A stretch of 64,000 nucleotides of DNA from contig OZ025738.1 in NCBI GenBank assembly GCA_964019335.1, forward strand, positions 338,772-402,771. Direction: 5' to 3'. Below the pieces are notes generated by a model. It saw nothing but the letters and a program-made list of their open reading frames with translations, did not search any database and was not told the origin of the DNA. A program made the position numbers and the translations under genes. This stretch comes from Diplonema japonicum. Its lineage: Eukaryota > Protista > Euglenozoa: Diplonemea. Shown piece after piece: positions 59,982 to 64,000 of this stretch; the first letter of the stretch is position 1; every line of letters starts with the position of its first letter.

Positions 59982-60770
59982 TCAGATATCAACCTGTGTA
60001 AACAGATCAGTTCCTTCCTTTCCAAGGTGCTCAGCTCTTTTCGAGTGGCTTGCCTTTTCTTTCTTCTCACTCACAAAAAAATTAGGTTGAACCAACTTGT
60101 AGTTGATAGCAATGTGGATTGATGCATTTAGAACATCTGATGACATTCTGCATCTGGCTTTTGACAAAGTCTTTGAAATCACTTTAAAGTGATGCTCTGT
60201 TGGTGCCTCAGAGGTTAAACTGCACCCAAGCGTCAGTGCAAAGACAGCTAGTGTGTGAAGCATGCCAAGCTTTGAGTTCCAAAAAGCAAAAAAGTTTAAT
60301 GTTGGGCTGTGACCTATTGCTAGGTACTTGTCAATCTACATCCCCAGCTGCTGCCGATCTGCCATCATTTTTCGCAATTCAGCAAACGGGACGAGGTGAT
60401 CCAGCAGTGTGTTTTGCAGTGTGACCAAGTCTGAAAGTTCTCCAGTTGATACTTTGGGATTCAGAAAAGTATACAACCTGATACCAAGAAACGACATGTT
60501 TCGTTCGGCCCTTGCTTTGTAAACCTTGATGACTTCAGAGACTGTGGTAGCATTGAGTGACCCCTCCACCTGGGATTCAAGGAATTTCTTCAAGCTCTTT
60601 CCAACAACGAAAATTTCATATGCCACCATAGCCATGCCAGATGTGTCCCCTTGCACACGATCTGTTGCAACTGCAAAGGGTGTGGAAATCTGTATTGCGA
60701 ATTCCAGCTCTGCCCCAAACCCTGCCTCTATGCCTGCCATTCAGGACACCTTCAACATCAACACCTACAC
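59982..60770 (-). mobile_element. hAT transposase C-terminal relic including the dimerisation domain
   Basis: 'STPFAVATDRVQGD', 'YTFLNPK', 'FWNSK…LAVFA…TSEAPTEHHFK…RCRMSSDVL'. Confidence 0.75.
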
Positions 60771-61034
60771 TTGCAAAACGGCTCATACCCACCATTCATT
60801 ATGGGGAGCCACTGCAGAAAATGATAACAAAATGATAGTTGAAATACGATTCTTGGATCACAAATCGAGAGTAAATGATAAGAAGCAAAGTTGAAAACAT
60901 AACCACACAAAATGTTGCAAATTAAAAGGAAAACTCTCCACACTCACCATTGAAAGGATGGCTGCAAGACAGATATTGAAGATGTAGAGGGCATGTGCAG
61001 GATAGATGTAGGAAAACAGACCATGGAAAAAACA

Positions 61035-63308
61035 CATGTCATGTAAAGATGTGGCTTGGCTTGTCTGCCAACTGCTCCTCAGTCGGGACCCACTCCACCC
61101 TCTAGGGGAGACCATCAAGCAATGTTACAATGCCATCAACTACATTGTTAAAGATAAAACCTGTTGCCTTCCTATCCCTCAGGGTGAAAAAGACCAGCAT
61201 TGAGTCTGTCTTCATCACCACTGCTTCGCCTCTCTCCCTCGTCTCTACCCATCTGTGCACACCTCTCAAACAAGCACAGGCCTCCAAAACATGAATTGGC
61301 TCACCCTGCTGTGTCCACTTGAACTGGCCAACCTCACCAGTTGACTGCAGAATGAAGGCCCCTCCCTTCATTGAAGCATCACTCCATGTGAATCACCTTC
61401 AAATGACTGATGTTAAGGACCCTCATACCCCACATGATGGCCCCCAGCACCTTCCATGTAGCCCTCAGTGTAAACTTCGTTAGTGCCATAAGGAACAACG
61501 CTGTTGCATCTGCAAACTTGCTCACCCATGACTGCTTCAGTGACACCAGCTTCTCCTTCAGGTCCAGCTGCATTCCCAAAACCTCCTCCCTCTGCTTTGG
61601 TCTTCTTCCTTGAAAACAGCACCACAATGTACAGCTGCCTGCTTCAGCACACCAACCAGGCCAGCCACATCCTCCTTCTGTTCCACATACAGGACAAAGT
61701 TGTCAATGTAAACAAGCGCACCAGCCTTCATCCTTCCTGCCCTCACACAAGCCTCACTTGCCAACAATGCTGCCACACTCTGCGCCACCCACACACTCCA
61801 CGACCAGCCCATCACCAGCACAACCAACCAGTACCATCCTGCAACTGTACGCAATGCGAAATACTCATGAAGGGGCCAAGCTCCAATCTGGTAGAACCAC
61901 GACTTCCCATCCAGCTGCACAATGTACTTGTTTTGTACCACCATCTCCTTCACATCAGCAACAGATGGCAGATCAACCAATGGAGGGTCCCTCTGTGCAT
62001 TGCCCACCAGCAATGCATCCACCACCAGCCTCCTCTTTCCACTTGGCTTTGGAACTGTGAATGCTTTCACCACATTCTTCACCTTCTCATCTGACCATCC
62101 CTTCTTCTCCAGCACACCTGCCTCCTCCAGCTGCTGCACCTGCCTATGGGTGAGTGTTGACTTCTTTCCTGGTGCCCCTACTGGCTGGAAATCTTCATCT
62201 TCAAACAGATCCTCAAACACCTTTCCACCACCAAGGAGCTGCTCCACATCAGGAATAACTGTGTTGATGCTGCCATCCTCCATCTGGAAGCCACACATCA
62301 AAGCTGCACAGTGTTGGTCACAACTGTGTCCATGTCTCCTTCCTGCAGCAGTGCTCCTGCCTTCCTTGCCTCCTTCGACTCCTCGTACTTGTCAAACTGG
62401 AGAGGATCCTCATCATAGTTCCTCACATCCAGCATCATGAGGATCCTCTTCCACAAACCCCTGCGCCTCCTCCTCCTTTGGCTCTTCATGCGTTCCCCCA
62501 TGCCACACCCAGAATTTCCAGGCAGCCCAGGTTCACACCACTCATTGCCTCTGTTGGAGTCGACGCCTCACCGGATCTACTTTCCTGCTCTTCTGCTGCC
62601 TCAGCACCTCTGCCCCTGCATACATCTCGTACAACAGTACACCCTTGTGCCCAGAGTCTAGCATTAGCTCCTCCATGGGCATGTTGGGGTTGTCTTGTGC
62701 CACCATCTGGACATGTGTGTGCTTCAGGGAGTGGGTAGAAACGTGAGGAACAATGGCCTTCATTGCTGCCATGAACTTGGCATACTTCAGTACAATGAAC
62801 ATCCTTCTCCCCTTCACAGCTTCCACATGCTCCAGCACCTTGTCCTTCCACTCTGCAGCCACCTTGACCTCCTCTTCTGTCTTCTTCTTGCCACGATTGG
62901 TCTTGCCTGCCTTGATGGTGAACCTTAACCTTAGGGACGTCACTGTGTTCTTGACAACAATGCAATCTGCCAGCTGCAGGACATCTGACCACATCAGCAG
63001 GACAGCTGTTCCCATCTGTGCATCCAGCCCCCTGACCAGGCTCTGCACCTCCAGCATTGTCAGCACCTTTGCTTGTGTCTGTGGCTGCCTTGCCCCTTGG
63101 CGCTCCATTGAGTCGATGTACCACCTTAGGCCCTGTAGCTTCTCTTCCTTGCTGAACAATGCCACTGCTGAGGTCACAGAACGAGCATATCCAGCCCTTG
63201 CAGATGGAGCAACACCCTGCTTTGCCTTCCTCGCAAGCCAGAGCAGCACCTTGTCCTCCAGACTTCCCACCACCTTGTGAGCAGTTGCAAAACTCACTAG
63301 GTCTTCCA
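61035..63308 (-). mobile_element. Degenerate VIPER/TATE-like retroelement: tyrosine recombinase, then RT and RNase H
   Basis: YR 'LMWSDVLQLAD…GKTN…THSLKH…SGH…Y' (62542-63308); RT 'AFTVPKPSGKRRLVVD', 'LDGKSWFYQ', 'LVMGWSWS', 'YIDN'; RNase H 'WSDAS', 'IHVLEA', 'KTDS', 'WVPTEEQLADKPS'. Confidence 0.85.
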
Positions 63309-64000
63309 GCAAACCCGCAAACCCGCAAACCCGCAAACCCGCAAACCCGCAAACCCGCAAACCCGCAAACCCGCAAACCCGCAAACCCGCAAACCCGCAA
63401 ACCCGCAAACCCGCAAACCCGCAAACCCGCAAACCCGCAAACCCGCAAACCCGCAAACCCGCAAACCCGCAAACCCGCAAACCCGCAAACCCGCAAACCC
63501 GCAAACCCGCAAACCCGCAAACCCGCAAACCCGCAAACCCGCAAACCCGCAAACCCGCAAACCCGCAAACCCGCAAACCCGCAAACCCGCAAACCCGCAA
63601 ACCCGCAAACCCGCAAACCCGCAAACCCGCAAACCCGCAAACCCGCAAACCCGCAAACCCGCAAACCCGCAAACCCGCAAACCCGCAAACCCGCAAACCC
63701 GCAAACCCGCAAACCCGCAAACCCGCAAACCCGCAAACCCGCAAACCCGCAAACCCGCAAACCCGCAAACCCGCAAACCCGCAAACCCGCAAACCCGCAA
63801 ACCCGCAAACCCGCAAACCCGCAAACCCGCAAACCCGCAAACCCGCAAACCCGCAAACCCGCAAACCCGCAAACCCGCAAACCCGCAAACCCGCAAACCC
63901 GCAAACCCGCAAACCCGCAAACCCGCAAACCCGCAAACCCGCAAACCCGCAAACCCGCAAACCCGCAAACCCGCAAACCCGCAAACCCGCAAACCCGCAA
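63309..64000 (+). repeat. Perfect 8-bp tandem array (AAACCCGC)n, about 86 units, running off the window; satellite or telomere-like
   Basis: Directly visible, with no variant units seen. Confidence 0.97.

Noticed and set aside
63297-64000. ORFs of (RVCGFAGL)n in three frames
   Set aside because: Translation artefact of a stop-free 8-bp repeat
63309-64000. Simple telomerase-healed chromosome end
   Set aside because: Strand polarity is opposite to expectation (C-rich strand on + at the right end); kept only as an unresolved finding
1-64000. tRNA, rRNA or spliced-leader RNA genes
   Set aside because: None recognised by eye; a covariance-model search is needed to exclude them

Overview
Eukaryotic (protist-like) DNA, not prokaryotic. 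All recognisable host genes lie on the minus strand, appear intron-less and are separated by homopolymer-rich spacers. With the VIPER/TATE-type retroelements, this suggests a polycistronic euglenozoan such as a diplonemid or kinetoplastid (inference). The dominant feature is an expanded family of proteins with an N-terminal ubiquitin-like (UBL) domain fused to variable repeat scaffolds. There are about 8 UBL + 24-aa-LRR genes plus orphan LRR cassettes, one UBL-ankyrin and one UBL-TPR. Four LRR copies come from a near-identical ~6.73 kb tandem segmental duplication (~34.3-55.8 kb). Other genes are a receptor-type pseudo-cyclase and a 1708-aa helical protein. The spacers are a patchwork of transposon debris: piggyBac, hAT, a Sola-like DDE transposase, an APE endonuclease, two tyrosine-recombinase retroelement relics and several MITE/SINE-like repeats. 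A frameshifted ORF carries a duplicated papain/Josephin-like domain. The last ~8 kb shows CpG decay and ends in a perfect (AAACCCGC)n array that truncates a TATE/VIPER-like element. All domain calls are from motif reading by eye; no searches were run.
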